Part shown: piece after piece, positions 54,286 to 64,000 of the stretch | Layout: each line of letters opens with the position of its first letter | Position numbering within the stretch: position 1 is the stretch's first letter | Source of the DNA: a virus | Taxonomy: Duplodnaviria > Caudoviricetes | DNA length: 64,000 bases | Reading direction: 5' to 3' (one strand) | Virus record (IMG/VR): IMGVR_UViG_3300037067_026010 | Span: 96,001 to 160,000 of that record | Notes under the pieces: model-generated | The model's database searches: none | What the model was told of the DNA's origin: nothing | The model's input: the letters and a program-made list of their open reading frames with translations, nothing else | Position numbers and translations under genes: made by a program

Positions 54286-54956
54286 GGTCGTTTCCTCCAC
54301 GCGCGTTTGAAGTCTTCCATGGCCGCCTGCTGCCTTGTTATCACAGCGTGTCGAAATTCTACGAATTCCGCAGACTTTCGTGAGATCGCGTGTTTGCATT
54401 GCGCCAGCTCGGCCTTCGTGGTTTCCAGTTCGGCTTTCAGCCCGTCGGCAATCACAGGATCGTCCTCGTTGCAGCCTTGGCACCACGCTGCCAAAGCCCG
54501 GCCGGAGCCAAGCATCTGTGCCAGCTCCACTTCCGGGGGCACGCCCGCAAAGAACGGCGTCACGTCGCGCAACGCCACGAAAAAGCCGCCCGTCATCGTG
54601 GCGCCGATACGGCTATAGATCAGTAATTGCGCCAGCTGCGGCATATCCAAAAATCCGCTGCGCCGTAAAGCGTCTTCCGGCGAAGAGATTTCGGGATCGT
54701 GCACAAAAGACTCGTGCGCGGCTACAAAGCGCTCCACGGCCAAACCGAGCGTTTCGAAGTCCAAACCTTGCTGCTGCATCAGGTCTTTGGCGTACGGGCC
54801 TATATGCTCCGGTTGCAGACCAAAAAACGCCTCGCGAACGGCGGGGGCATAAATATAGGCAAGATCGCGCTGCGGCGCGTACATCGGCGCGCTCGGATCG
54901 CCCTTGGGTCGGAACTGCGCAATATTGCGCTTTGGGGGTTGTATAGATTCCGTCAT
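54252..54956 (-). CDS. Hypothetical protein with C-terminal coiled coil
   Basis: ATGA-coupled; ends RPWWKRL. Confidence 0.6.
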   Translation of the reverse strand: MTESIQPPKRNIAQFRPKGDPSAPMYAPQRDLAYIYAPAVREAFFGLQPEHIGPYAKDLMQQQGLDFETLGLAVERFVAAHESFVHDPEISSPEDALRRSGFLDMPQLAQLLIYSRIGATMTGGFFVALRDVTPFFAGVPPEVELAQMLGSGRALAAWCQGCNEDDPVIADGLKAELETTKAELAQCKHAISRKSAEFVEFRHAVITRQQAAMEDFKRAWRKRPWWKRLLNRDP

Positions 54957-55201
54957 GACGTTTCTTCCTTCCTACCGGTTTCGACGATGCGGAATACCAG
55001 TGCTTCCGCCGTCACGGTCAAAACGGCATCATACGGTGCATGCAACGACACGGATACGCCAAAAACTTCAGCCAGCCGGAGCAGCGAGCGCATCAGCGCC
55101 CGCACGTACTCCAGCTTCGCAAGCTGCTCCGACTCCATTTTTCTGCGCCGCTTCTTCGTTGGTTTCGCTGCCCGTTTGGTCGCTTTGCGTTGTTTGCTCA
55201 T
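54953..55201 (-). CDS. Small basic protein
   Basis: MSKQRKATKR start. Confidence 0.5.
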   Translation of the reverse strand: MSKQRKATKRAAKPTKKRRRKMESEQLAKLEYVRALMRSLLRLAEVFGVSVSLHAPYDAVLTVTAEALVFRIVETGRKEETS

Positions 55202-55595
55202 GGCCTTCGCACCTTTCCGCCCGCAGTTGGTGATATTCTTGGATCGCCGCATCCCATCCCGCCTGCACCGGCACAGCATATGCTTGCCGGTTTTCTTCGG
55301 TGATGAGCAACCCTGTTTTGCAATACGCATAAACATATTCGGGGCGCATGCCGCTGCGCAACATGGCTTTCGCCGCCTCGCGGCGTGGGCCAAGTATGTC
55401 GTTTGCTACCGGTTGCGGCAGCGCTGCCTCCTGCCGTAAGCGCCGCGGGGCGCCGACTTTGCGCCGGCCGCGCGCAAGACAGCATGCTTTGAATTTCCGC
55501 TTGCTGCCGCAGGGGCAGGGGTCGTTTCTTTTTACGCGCGGCGGCCGACGATACGGTTCCGCGCCTTGGCGACGTACGCTATTCTGCATGTACAT
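55068..55595 (-). CDS. SEC-C motif protein
   Basis: RNDPCPCGS.RKFK.CC. Confidence 0.75.
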   Translation of the reverse strand: MYMQNSVRRQGAEPYRRPPRVKRNDPCPCGSKRKFKACCLARGRRKVGAPRRLRQEAALPQPVANDILGPRREAAKAMLRSGMRPEYVYAYCKTGLLITEENRQAYAVPVQAGWDAAIQEYHQLRAERCEGHEQTTQSDQTGSETNEEAAQKNGVGAACEAGVRAGADALAAPAG

Positions 55596-56937
55596 GTTGT
55601 CCTCCGGTATCCGAACTTAAAACAATTATGGATTGCTCCCAAAATCTTTGAAGGGCGTACGTAGCACAACGGCTCTGAAACTGCGCGCCGGTTTCACCTT
55701 CGCCCTGTTGCACCAAACTGTCCCAGTCCTCGGGCCAGTCTTGCACGATGCGCTTGCACAGCTGATAGCGTCCTGCACTATCCAAACATTCCATTTTTAC
55801 AATACGGTCGATGCGTCCCGGTCTAGTTGTTGTACCATTATCCGCAATGCTGCCAAGTGCCGAGTCCAAGGCGTCAGGATTGTTCGTCGTCAGCATGAGC
55901 AAAATACCGGCAGTCGCCTCCACACCGTCTATACAATTCAGAAGGCAATCAAACGTCAGATGCCCTCCTGCGATGTTTTTACGCTGATGGAAAACAGCAT
56001 CAATATCCTCTATTAACGCCAAACAGGGCGTGTCGTGGCACATAGCCTGCCACTCCCGCTGTAGCTCACTATCGTAAAGCGTCGCCAAATGAAACACGTA
56101 GACCGGCAAATCCGTATCTTCCGCGATCGCCCGCACCACCGAGGTCTTGCCTGTGCCAGGCGGCCCGTGCCAGACACAACCGAAGCGCCACGGGATACCC
56201 CGTGCCCTATACCACTCCGCATTTTTGACCCAGTGGCGTATCTCATCATTTACGTTTTTCGCTTCTTCTGATAGGGCCAAATTATTTATGGCACAGCCCT
56301 GCGAGACGGGCACACCCAGTTCCGACGGCGACCATGCCAGCACGCGCAACCATTCCCACGGAGACAGGCCAGCCGATGGCCCCTCCCTATTATACAGCAC
56401 ACTAGGGTTCTGCATTTGGGTCTTGCCGTCGGTGCCGAATATCTGGCGCACTGTAAAGCGGCGACAAGTCGCCTGCACGGCAAAGCGGCTATTGTACATG
56501 CGCACCGCCTCGTTGACAAAACCATCCATAGACCATGTGCCACGTAGAAATCGCACGGTCAGCGCCGAGTCACTGCTAAATTGCGCAGTTGGTTTTTCGT
56601 TAGTATTTCCGCTTTGCAATGTGCCCAGCCATATAGGGCGCCAACCTTTCCAAAATAACTTGCCGCCACGTCCAACACCCTCGGACGCGATTAGCTGAAC
56701 GCGCTCTAATGGCCGCACCCAGACATACCACCCCATATATGACCGTTGACCGAGCGTGGATGCCAGGAGATGCCGCCAGCAATAGTGCTGCACGGCGGTA
56801 CTAACAGCCGGATCCAGCTCAAAAGATACTACCAACACACTGGACACGTATCCCCAGAAACCCCTGAAGTATCCCCATACGACAGCCAGTCCGCCTGCCA
56901 AGGTTGCTACGCCTGCCATAAGCCACGCTGTTCCCAT
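55579..56937 (-). CDS. Membrane-anchored BCS1-like AAA ATPase
   Basis: N-terminal TM; WY..RGIPWR.G...HGPPGTGKTS, LIEDID, LLNCIDG, TTN..LD.AL..RPGRID. Confidence 0.88.
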   Translation of the reverse strand: MGTAWLMAGVATLAGGLAVVWGYFRGFWGYVSSVLVVSFELDPAVSTAVQHYCWRHLLASTLGQRSYMGWYVWVRPLERVQLIASEGVGRGGKLFWKGWRPIWLGTLQSGNTNEKPTAQFSSDSALTVRFLRGTWSMDGFVNEAVRMYNSRFAVQATCRRFTVRQIFGTDGKTQMQNPSVLYNREGPSAGLSPWEWLRVLAWSPSELGVPVSQGCAINNLALSEEAKNVNDEIRHWVKNAEWYRARGIPWRFGCVWHGPPGTGKTSVVRAIAEDTDLPVYVFHLATLYDSELQREWQAMCHDTPCLALIEDIDAVFHQRKNIAGGHLTFDCLLNCIDGVEATAGILLMLTTNNPDALDSALGSIADNGTTTRPGRIDRIVKMECLDSAGRYQLCKRIVQDWPEDWDSLVQQGEGETGAQFQSRCATYALQRFWEQSIIVLSSDTGGQHVHAE

Positions 56938-56946
56938 TTCGTACTC

Positions 56947-57810
56947 CTATCCTACCTGCTGCGGCTGCAGCCGGCAGCGTTCCCTGTTGTCACACTCCAC
57001 GCAACGCACGGCACGCCGTTCCGGATCGAAATACTGTATCTGACCGCAACCGTCGCACTGCTGCTGTACATACGTGTCCCGGTGGCACCCGGCCGGGCAC
57101 TCGGCATAGCCTACGGCGCACACATCGCAGCTGTGCGTGAACCCATGCGGGCACTCGGCGCCGGCTCGACAACGTAAGCGCAAGACTTGCTCGCGATTCC
57201 AGCGCTTCACCGACGCAGGACACTGCACTTGGAAAAAGCGCGGTGTCCGGGTGCTCCGCAATTGCTCTATTAAGGCCGTCAGCCGCAAGCCGACTAGCTG
57301 CAAACTCCGCCGGTACGGATAACTGCGCCACGGCGCCGAGAACCCTGCATTTCGTGCAATGATACTGGCAGCGCCTTCGGTCCAAAAAGTCTCCAGGGTC
57401 ATCGGACAGCACGTGCCCGACAGCGCCCGAAACATGAAATAATGACCGAATTTGCCCCGCATCGTGCGCCCCGGCAGCGCCCCTACAACTTGAAGCGGGA
57501 CCCATTCGTCGGCAAGCTGCGCCTGCCAAGGTCGTACCGGCGTATGCGTCTGCAGCAGTCGCACATTGCCGGCCAGCCGCCACGCCAGCACTAAACAGTC
57601 CTCGCCCGTCAATGTGCGTCCGATCAAATGCCGCAGTGACTCGTACAGCGTATCCAACCGCACGCCGGGCATGCACTGATGCAGCCTACGCAACAGTTGT
57701 TCCAGCGCATCCGCACTCAACGGCTGGCCGGCAGCCATATCGAACTGCACGCGCAGGCGATCCCGCATTTGAAAAATACGTGTAAGCGGAAAAATCGGAG
57801 CCTCGTCCAT
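56947..57810 (-). CDS. Hypothetical protein with Cys-rich C-terminus
   Basis: CP..F...C..C..G...C.AGCH...C..C...C..C. Confidence 0.65.
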   Translation of the reverse strand: MDEAPIFPLTRIFQMRDRLRVQFDMAAGQPLSADALEQLLRRLHQCMPGVRLDTLYESLRHLIGRTLTGEDCLVLAWRLAGNVRLLQTHTPVRPWQAQLADEWVPLQVVGALPGRTMRGKFGHYFMFRALSGTCCPMTLETFWTEGAASIIARNAGFSAPWRSYPYRRSLQLVGLRLTALIEQLRSTRTPRFFQVQCPASVKRWNREQVLRLRCRAGAECPHGFTHSCDVCAVGYAECPAGCHRDTYVQQQCDGCGQIQYFDPERRAVRCVECDNRERCRLQPQQVG

Positions 57811-57813
57811 AAA

Positions 57814-57966
57814 TCACCGCCGCTCCAGCCCCTGCGGGCCTCGCGCCACGAGACGGGGGCAACTTCCGCACGTTTCAGGGGCCTTTTCCGTTTCCTGTGG
57901 CTTTGCCGCTTTGGTTGCCCGCTTCGCTTTCTTCGCTGCGCGTTTTTTCGCTGATTTCTTTGCCAT
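57814..57966 (-). CDS. Small Lys/Ala-rich protein
   Basis: MAKKSAKKRAAKKAKR. Confidence 0.45.
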   Translation of the reverse strand: MAKKSAKKRAAKKAKRATKAAKPQETEKAPETCGSCPRLVARGPQGLERR

Positions 57967-57971
57967 GATTT

Positions 57972-58376
57972 TCACGGAGTAGTTTCTTGTGCCTGTTCGC
58001 CAGTTACGCAACCCCTGGAAGCGGCTCCCGCCCTATCCGCGGCTGCCTGCTGCGCGTCGTTGCAAAGCTGTACTCCGGCCGATGCAATAGTCTGCAATCG
58101 TTCCCATAGCCGGATAATGTGGCCGCCCAAACGGCCGTCCAGTAGATTGCGCACTTCTTCCAGGTACGCATCGGGGGTATCGTCCAACGATAGCCGACTC
58201 TCCAACGGACCTAGACGAAGCACCAACGCCGCCCGCCCGCCAGGCGGTACCTCTGCTGCTTCCGCAAGCTGCTCGCGTAATTCGCGAAAAAGCCGCGTGG
58301 CGTTCACCAGCTCTACGGCGGTATTACAGGCGTCTTCGCTCGCTCGTTCCAATCGTGTTTTCTCGCAGGTACTCAT
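57972..58376 (-). CDS. Hypothetical protein
   Basis: In-line ORF. Confidence 0.6.
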   Translation of the reverse strand: MSTCEKTRLERASEDACNTAVELVNATRLFRELREQLAEAAEVPPGGRAALVLRLGPLESRLSLDDTPDAYLEEVRNLLDGRLGGHIIRLWERLQTIASAGVQLCNDAQQAAADRAGAASRGCVTGEQAQETTP

Positions 58377-58385
58377 TTTTTTTTC

Positions 58386-58790
58386 TCACTTGAAAAGCAG
58401 GCCGACGCCTGCCCAGAATTGCCAATAGGTTTCATCGCCGTCGCACACCTGCTGCACCGGCTGGCCGATTGCCAAATGCAAGCGTTGCACCTGTTCCGGT
58501 GCTATGGAGAGCCCGCAGCGCAGTCCGAGCTGCAGCATATAACCGAGAGCCGCCTCCGGTACGGCGGCCAGCCGATATGGAAATAGTGGAATCATGACGT
58601 GCGTACCTTGTATGCAGTAACGCCAGTCAATCGGCTTGTCCATGGCTATAGGACTGTACGCACTGTGCCATTTTGCCGCTGCATCCTTCGCAAATAGATC
58701 CTTCGGCAGCTCCTCGATATACCCCGGCCGAGCTCCGGACAGCGCCTTCGGATATTTCGCCAAATCCACAAAATGATACGTCGTCTCCAT
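58386..58790 (-). CDS. Hypothetical protein
   Basis: GGAG SD. Confidence 0.6.
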   Translation of the reverse strand: METTYHFVDLAKYPKALSGARPGYIEELPKDLFAKDAAAKWHSAYSPIAMDKPIDWRYCIQGTHVMIPLFPYRLAAVPEAALGYMLQLGLRCGLSIAPEQVQRLHLAIGQPVQQVCDGDETYWQFWAGVGLLFK

Positions 58791-58801
58791 AGTCGCTCCG
58801 A

Positions 58802-59527
58802 TCACGGTTCATAAAAATAACCCAGCGGCTTATTGTTCGGGCCGCGCCGCTGTGCGCTGGATTCTCGCCCATTCGCGTCGGCGTTGATCGCCAGACCTTC
58901 GCGGAATGCTCCGATACGGTAGCCCTGCTGCAAACATAACGCGCCCAGAATAACATCCTCGCCGCAGGTCCCGTAATTCATATCCAAAAATGGAAAATCG
59001 TGCCGCTTCAAAATCTCGGTACGAATGGTCCACCATCCCCCGGTAGGAAAGAATATGAACTGCCTCGGCTGTACCGGCACGCCTTTGTACCACGGCTGGT
59101 CGCGCAGCCACAAGTGCTGGTTTCCCGCCAGCCTACAGCGATACATGGCACCGATCAGGTCTGCAGTGCGCATGGCATCCAGGACCATGCCCAGCCAGTT
59201 TTCGTAGACCCCGATACGATAAGAATCGTCGTCGAACCACATAACGTAGGGCGTCGTCACCGGTGCCGCGCCATGAAACATCTGCCGCATCATCGGACAT
59301 TTGTAAATGTTCGTTTCCGACGGGTAAAGCAGCACGGTGCCATTCGCCGCCTGCCAATCCCGGCAGAAAGCGTCCACGATGTCTCGGGTGGCCGCGCTTA
59401 CCGCGTTCAGCCCGATACGCAGCTCGCACGGCTCCTTTGGCAAAGACCGCAAGGAATCCAGGCATCTGCTGGCCAGTTGTGGATAGTCTCCGTAAAGCAA
59501 CGCACAAATCGTAACATCCTTATTCAT
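58802..59527 (-). CDS. GT-A (GT2-like) glycosyltransferase
   Basis: VTIC.L.Y, YVMWFDDDS (DxD), GG.W.IR, GEDV..G. Confidence 0.75.
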   Translation of the reverse strand: MNKDVTICALLYGDYPQLASRCLDSLRSLPKEPCELRIGLNAVSAATRDIVDAFCRDWQAANGTVLLYPSETNIYKCPMMRQMFHGAAPVTTPYVMWFDDDSYRIGVYENWLGMVLDAMRTADLIGAMYRCRLAGNQHLWLRDQPWYKGVPVQPRQFIFFPTGGWWTIRTEILKRHDFPFLDMNYGTCGEDVILGALCLQQGYRIGAFREGLAINADANGRESSAQRRGPNNKPLGYFYEP

Positions 59528-60005
59528 GGCATGTATCTCGCAGGGGTGATCGCACCTCCATCAGGCGCACTCGCTCTTGCAACCAGTCCTCCAGCGTATC
59601 CGGCGGCATGTCGCGCAAAGCCCGCAGGAATTTGTTGCGCCTGGCTTTGTCTTTAAAAACGAGCCTGGCGCTTGGAAACACTGCTCCGGCATTGTTTCCT
59701 TCATTATCCACGTCGACGAGCGTCCAACGCCGATCGTCGCATACGCCGCAATACCTGAGCAGGCCGCTCTGGTCGTACACCAGCAGCGCTTGGCAATCCT
59801 CCAGTTTCGCGGCATCTCCAAAAATATGCGTAAGCCCGCACGGCAATGCCAGCGTTTGCCAGGTTTTCGCAGACAGCCGCCGGAAACGGCAGTGCTTATA
59901 TACCCCCGGACGAGCCTCCGCGAATTCGAGCTCGCATTCGAGCACCTGCACCGTCGGATCGATGACCGGCGGATAATCATAAAAAATGATGTGTGCCAAC
60001 GTCAT
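59520..60005 (-). CDS. Hypothetical protein
   Basis: AAGGA SD. Confidence 0.6.
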   Translation of the reverse strand: MTLAHIIFYDYPPVIDPTVQVLECELEFAEARPGVYKHCRFRRLSAKTWQTLALPCGLTHIFGDAAKLEDCQALLVYDQSGLLRYCGVCDDRRWTLVDVDNEGNNAGAVFPSARLVFKDKARRNKFLRALRDMPPDTLEDWLQERVRLMEVRSPLRDTCHE

Positions 60006-60012
60006 TATCCTT

Positions 60013-60906
60013 TTAAACGGGATCGGCGGAAGGCATGCGAATACTCCGAGTATGCCGGCGTCCCGCGCCGGTCGCAGCTGCCTCGGCCTCTCGCCGTTGC
60101 AGCGTCGCCTCGTAACAGCTCGACGCGTGCGTGATCAGCTCGTCCAGCCGCCGCATATTTTCCGTGGCCTCATCGCGCATGCCCTCCATAGCAGCCCGCG
60201 CCACGCGCAGGTCTTCGATCATTTCCGGCGTCCACGTCTCGGGCGGCGCCGACATAATATCGTGGAACGCATTGATCTCCGTGCCATTCCAGGCTTGCCG
60301 CTGTTTTGCCAGCCACTTTTCGGTGTCGTCCCGAATTTGCCGTATTTTGCTCGGTACGGTGGGTGGTAATTTGAATGTGGGGCCATGCGGGGAAGTCACC
60401 GCCGGTCCGTAATGTTCCTTGATGCGCCGATGCAGCTCCGGCGGTGCCCATAATCCGCGAACCGCGCGTTTGGCCCACATACGCCGTTTGTCCGGCGTTT
60501 TGAGAATCAGCAGATAAGAGACGTGCCCCCAGTGCAACTGAAAGCCGGTCTTGTCGCAATGCAACTCCAGGAGTTCTTGCAGGGCTTCTTTCGTGTAGGC
60601 CTGCGTAAATGACGCCGCTTTACGCAACTGCCGCGCGTGTATTGCCAAGGCCTGCTCCAACAGCCGCATGGCACTTTCGCCGTATTTGTCGGGGTCATCC
60701 TGCACTTCCGTGCACAGCTTGCCTAGGTCGTAGTAAAACCGCAGCGTCGTTTGCCGCCCTTCGTCCAATTGCCGCTGGATGATGTTGAACTTCTTGCGAA
60801 GCTCCTTGTTCATCATCTGCAGCGCCTCCTCGCGGGCTTGCACGATTTGCGCGGCATCCAAGGTGGCGCGGCGCTGCGCCTGCGCAGCGGGCGATATACG
60901 TACCAT
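60013..60906 (-). CDS. Helical hypothetical protein, possibly DNA-binding
   Basis: YDLG..YG..A..LL, LHWGHV..L pattern. Confidence 0.6.
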   Translation of the reverse strand: MVRISPAAQAQRRATLDAAQIVQAREEALQMMNKELRKKFNIIQRQLDEGRQTTLRFYYDLGKLCTEVQDDPDKYGESAMRLLEQALAIHARQLRKAASFTQAYTKEALQELLELHCDKTGFQLHWGHVSYLLILKTPDKRRMWAKRAVRGLWAPPELHRRIKEHYGPAVTSPHGPTFKLPPTVPSKIRQIRDDTEKWLAKQRQAWNGTEINAFHDIMSAPPETWTPEMIEDLRVARAAMEGMRDEATENMRRLDELITHASSCYEATLQRREAEAAATGAGRRHTRSIRMPSADPV

Positions 60907-60918
60907 GATCTTCGTTCC

Positions 60919-62049
60919 TTATGAAAAACGGTCTTGTAATAAAAGTGAAAACGCGGCCTGCTCCGTGTGAACACGCCGTCTGGGGTCGAGTTTCCTTGCC
61001 AAGCGCACAAGGACGGCATACAAATCGAGCTGCGTTCGCATTCCCCAAACGGACTCGGGACGTTGCAATCGTTGCTCGGAGGCGTCCGCGCGGCTGCCCA
61101 GAAACAGCGTATGCTCCACGGCGTCTCGCGCAATACTCGCCTGCACGCCCAAATGCACCAGCATTCGCACCAAGCATGCCATCCTGGCCTTGCGTTCCAC
61201 ATCCCCCAACCCCGCAAAGCCCAATGGCGTCGACGCCAAACGGTCGGCGCCTTGCTGCAATTGCGTCACGGTAGGATTTTTACCGAGCATCCTGCTTATC
61301 ATGCCGCGAAGCCGAGGTCCGAACGAGTTGCCGGTGTGGTTAAGGCGCCATCCGGCGCGTTTATAGCTGTCCAAGCTCACGCCGTGTCTGCAGTAAAGCG
61401 CGGCGGTGCCGTGCACGGCTGTACCGCATGCTTCGCCGTTTCCGAAATAGTAGCCGAGGTAAAATGGCCAGGCGTCCGCTTGCTGCAACCGGAAACACGG
61501 CTCATGGCTACGATACCATACGGCCATACGGCGACCCAGGATGGCCGCAGCGTAGAATTGCATATCCGACCTGGTTTCGGCAATAATTTGCTCCAGAATC
61601 TCAAAATATGCGCAGTTGTCCAGAAATCGCTGCTGTGCCCCGACGAGCCCTTCAATAAGCTTGTCGTCGTGGTTCAACAACAGCCGGTACGGCGCCACAA
61701 GCGCATAGCGCAGCCGCAATACGTCTTTAAACATCTGCACGGCCGTCGGGCCATCGCAACTGCGTTCCTGCTCGCGTTGACGTCGGGTGTAGCCGGCAAT
61801 GTCTGTCAGCGTACGTCCGAGACCATTGCTCAACACGTTCGTCAACTGCAGAAATGCCGTACGCGTGTACCGGTAGCCGGCTGCCGTCTCCCCCGAGCTC
61901 CTTAACTCCAGCTGGTACGGCGAACTTATGGTCGCAATATCACTAACGCGCACGAGCCGCCGCAGCCGCTCCAGCAGCAATTCCCGCTGCGTACGGTCAA
62001 ATACGTAGCTGGAGGGGCGCACGAACAGCGTTGACAGCGCATCAGTCAT
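60919..62049 (-). CDS. Hypothetical protein, possibly DUF932-like
   Basis: Y.YT..AF.QL, I.GLVG...FLDN, G..F.NGE pattern; next to RecA. Confidence 0.5.
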   Translation of the reverse strand: MTDALSTLFVRPSSYVFDRTQRELLLERLRRLVRVSDIATISSPYQLELRSSGETAAGYRYTRTAFLQLTNVLSNGLGRTLTDIAGYTRRQREQERSCDGPTAVQMFKDVLRLRYALVAPYRLLLNHDDKLIEGLVGAQQRFLDNCAYFEILEQIIAETRSDMQFYAAAILGRRMAVWYRSHEPCFRLQQADAWPFYLGYYFGNGEACGTAVHGTAALYCRHGVSLDSYKRAGWRLNHTGNSFGPRLRGMISRMLGKNPTVTQLQQGADRLASTPLGFAGLGDVERKARMACLVRMLVHLGVQASIARDAVEHTLFLGSRADASEQRLQRPESVWGMRTQLDLYAVLVRLARKLDPRRRVHTEQAAFSLLLQDRFS

Positions 62050-62062
62050 AAGTGTTCTGCCG

Positions 62063-62632
62063 TTACAATTCAGCCCAGTCCGTACCAATGCTAAAAAGGA
62101 ATTCTTTTAGCGGGTCAATAACGTAAACCACCGGCGGATTGCCGTAAGGTCGAACGATACGCGTGTTGCGTTCGTACCGTAACGAAGGGTCCGGTACTTC
62201 CGCCACCTCGATCGGATAGTTATGCAGCACCATCGTACCCGCCGTGGGGATATGCGGCCATGCGAACACCAGGCCGATGCGCTCGTCCGCGTCACTCGCG
62301 TCCATGTCCACCTGTAGGTCCACATAGGCCCGCATCATCGGCGTTTTCATAAAGCCTGGGCCGAACAACTCGCCCAGCTGCACTTTGTGTATATTCGCCA
62401 ACTTGCGGGCACCAAGACGCACCGGGAAGCGCGGAAAACGCTGATTGAACCAGGGTAGGGTCAATTTAGCCCCGCGCTGAACTTCCGACGATTCTTGCCG
62501 CAATCGCCCAATCTGCGCGCCCAGGCCGCCGGTACGCAACAGCTGCGCCACCACGGCATCCTCGAAGGTGTCCTGCCGCTGCGTCTCGCGTTGGCTCCAT
62601 TGCTCCTGCGTATCACCAAATAAACCGCCCAT
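62063..62632 (-). CDS. Hypothetical protein
   Basis: In-line ORF. Confidence 0.6.
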   Translation of the reverse strand: MGGLFGDTQEQWSQRETQRQDTFEDAVVAQLLRTGGLGAQIGRLRQESSEVQRGAKLTLPWFNQRFPRFPVRLGARKLANIHKVQLGELFGPGFMKTPMMRAYVDLQVDMDASDADERIGLVFAWPHIPTAGTMVLHNYPIEVAEVPDPSLRYERNTRIVRPYGNPPVVYVIDPLKEFLFSIGTDWAEL

Positions 62633-62655
62633 GAACTTTTCCGATGTTTAATTGT

Positions 62656-64000
62656 TTATGGCACAACATCTTCAGGATCGACGTCCTGCTCCGCCGGTCC
62701 TGCTACATCCGGCACTTCGGGAACTTCACATTCGTCGGTGCCGGTCGGTTGCAACTGCGGCATATTTTCTACACGCTCGTACAGATCAACGCCGGCTGTG
62801 CCTTCGGAAACCACCGCCTCGGCCAATAGCCGCCGGAAGTCCATGCCGGGCTGAAACGGAATACGCGGGGTTATACCGAGCAGCGGGTACATCGCCTGCA
62901 ACAGGTCGGGCCGCTGCTCCAGTTTGCTGCCCAGCACGCGAAATTCCTGCGGGTCGCTCTCTGGTACCCCTAGCGCCCGGCTCCAGCCTGTGCGATTACC
63001 CTTGTTTGCCACGCGAATATCGCAAACGTCCATCAAGTGATTATAGATCGTTCGCTTACCCTTCATATTTTCAAATGACAATAGCAGCTCAATCGATGCC
63101 GTATCCCAGTCCCAGGCCGTCTGTTGTCTGAAGCCCTGACGACCCTCCGCGTCCTGATACTCCGTTAACCACCACAGCAATTCTGCGGTTATGCGCTTCC
63201 GCGACGGACCTAAGCTATTCTTGCGCAGGATAATGCTCAAACGCAGGCCGCCATACTCCAACCGATCGATGTCACAGCCGGGCGCTTTGTGCATCTCTAC
63301 CTCGAATACTTCCATGAATTTTACCGATTTCCCGCCACCGATATTGTTTACCGGCCGGCCCATATAATCGGTAGACGGCTTCAAGTGATTCGTACCGAGC
63401 ACGGAAAACGGGTAAGTTTTGATGGCATTCGGCATTGTTCTCATATACTGCGATATCAGCAAAGCGGCCAGCGCGAAGTCCCGCGAAGCATGCCCGGCTT
63501 CGAGGATCTTCTCCAACTGTGCCCTGGGCGCCGTACCCATGATCGAATCGATGCCGAAAGCAATAGGAATAGTCCGGCCTGGCCCGTCCGGGGAATCCTG
63601 ATACCGAGCTGCAATCTGCGTAAACGCCGTTAGGGCGTCCATCCAATCCTCCAACGTGTGCGTATAGACAACTTCTACACGGTTTAACCAGGACTGGTTC
63701 CAGCCCAGAAGGGAGCCGCGCAGCTCGGGGGCATCCTTCCCTTCGTTTTCGACAAATACCGCGCCGCCACCGTAGACGAGGTGCCATCGGAAAACTTCAT
63801 TCATGAAAGCCGTTTTGCAACAGCCCTCCTCCCCAGTGATCTGCGCGATCGTGCCCAGCGGATACATCGTAGATTGAAATAAATAACGTAATGCCAATGC
63901 CGGCAGCGGCAAGCCGACGCGCGGGCCGCTCGCCGAAGCCACGCTTACCGACAAACCCGTAGCGCGTTTTCCCTCGTCGCTCATGGCGAGAAACATCCCA
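62656..64000 (-). CDS. RecA/UvsX-like recombinase (5' end probably outside window)
   Basis: P.G.I.QITGEEGCCKT (Walker A), FVENE, FGIDS (Walker B), A.LIS..MR, TNH, GGGKSVKF, KNS.G. Confidence 0.85.
   Translation of the reverse strand, partial: GMFLAMSDEGKRATGLSVSVASASGPRVGLPLPALALRYLFQSTMYPLGTIAQITGEEGCCKTAFMNEVFRWHLVYGGGAVFVENEGKDAPELRGSLLGWNQSWLNRVEVVYTHTLEDWMDALTAFTQIAARYQDSPDGPGRTIPIAFGIDSIMGTAPRAQLEKILEAGHASRDFALAALLISQYMRTMPNAIKTYPFSVLGTNHLKPSTDYMGRPVNNIGGGKSVKFMEVFEVEMHKAPGCDIDRLEYGGLRLSIILRKNSLGPSRKRITAELLWWLTEYQDAEGRQGFRQQTAWDWDTASIELLLSFENMKGKRTIYNHLMDVCDIRVANKGNRTGWSRALGVPESDPQEFRVLGSKLEQRPDLLQAMYPLLGITPRIPFQPGMDFRRLLAEAVVSEGTAGVDLYERVENMPQLQPTGTDECEVPEVPDVAGPAEQDVDPEDVVP

Overview
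This is a segment of a large tailed-phage genome (or giant prophage), GC-rich and almost entirely minus-strand coded. It encodes a probable portal, a tail-fibre-like protein, RecA-like recombinase, RuvC, DEDDh exonuclease, ParB-like protein, HNH nuclease, BCS1-like AAA ATPase, two glycosyltransferases, and a DUF6745 protein with its usual partner. Three structures stand out. (1) A 3129-bp IS1-family element (15890-19018; 24-bp terminal IRs, 8-bp TSD) carries passengers: an MT-A70 methyltransferase, an unknown convergent ORF, an RHH regulator with four operator half-sites, and a non-canonical 9/3-fold long-variable-arm tRNA with a UAU anticodon (allo-tRNA-like). (2) A ~16-kb array (20407-36582) holds more than 60 translationally coupled small ORFs; its 18 promoter-proximal members are Gln-rich paralogues joined by a degenerate ~24-bp junction repeat. 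(3) An 18-bp quasi-palindrome, GCGGTAATTAAGCACCGC, occurs nine times, always at or just after a stop codon and in both orientations. Family calls come from motif recognition by eye, not database searches.
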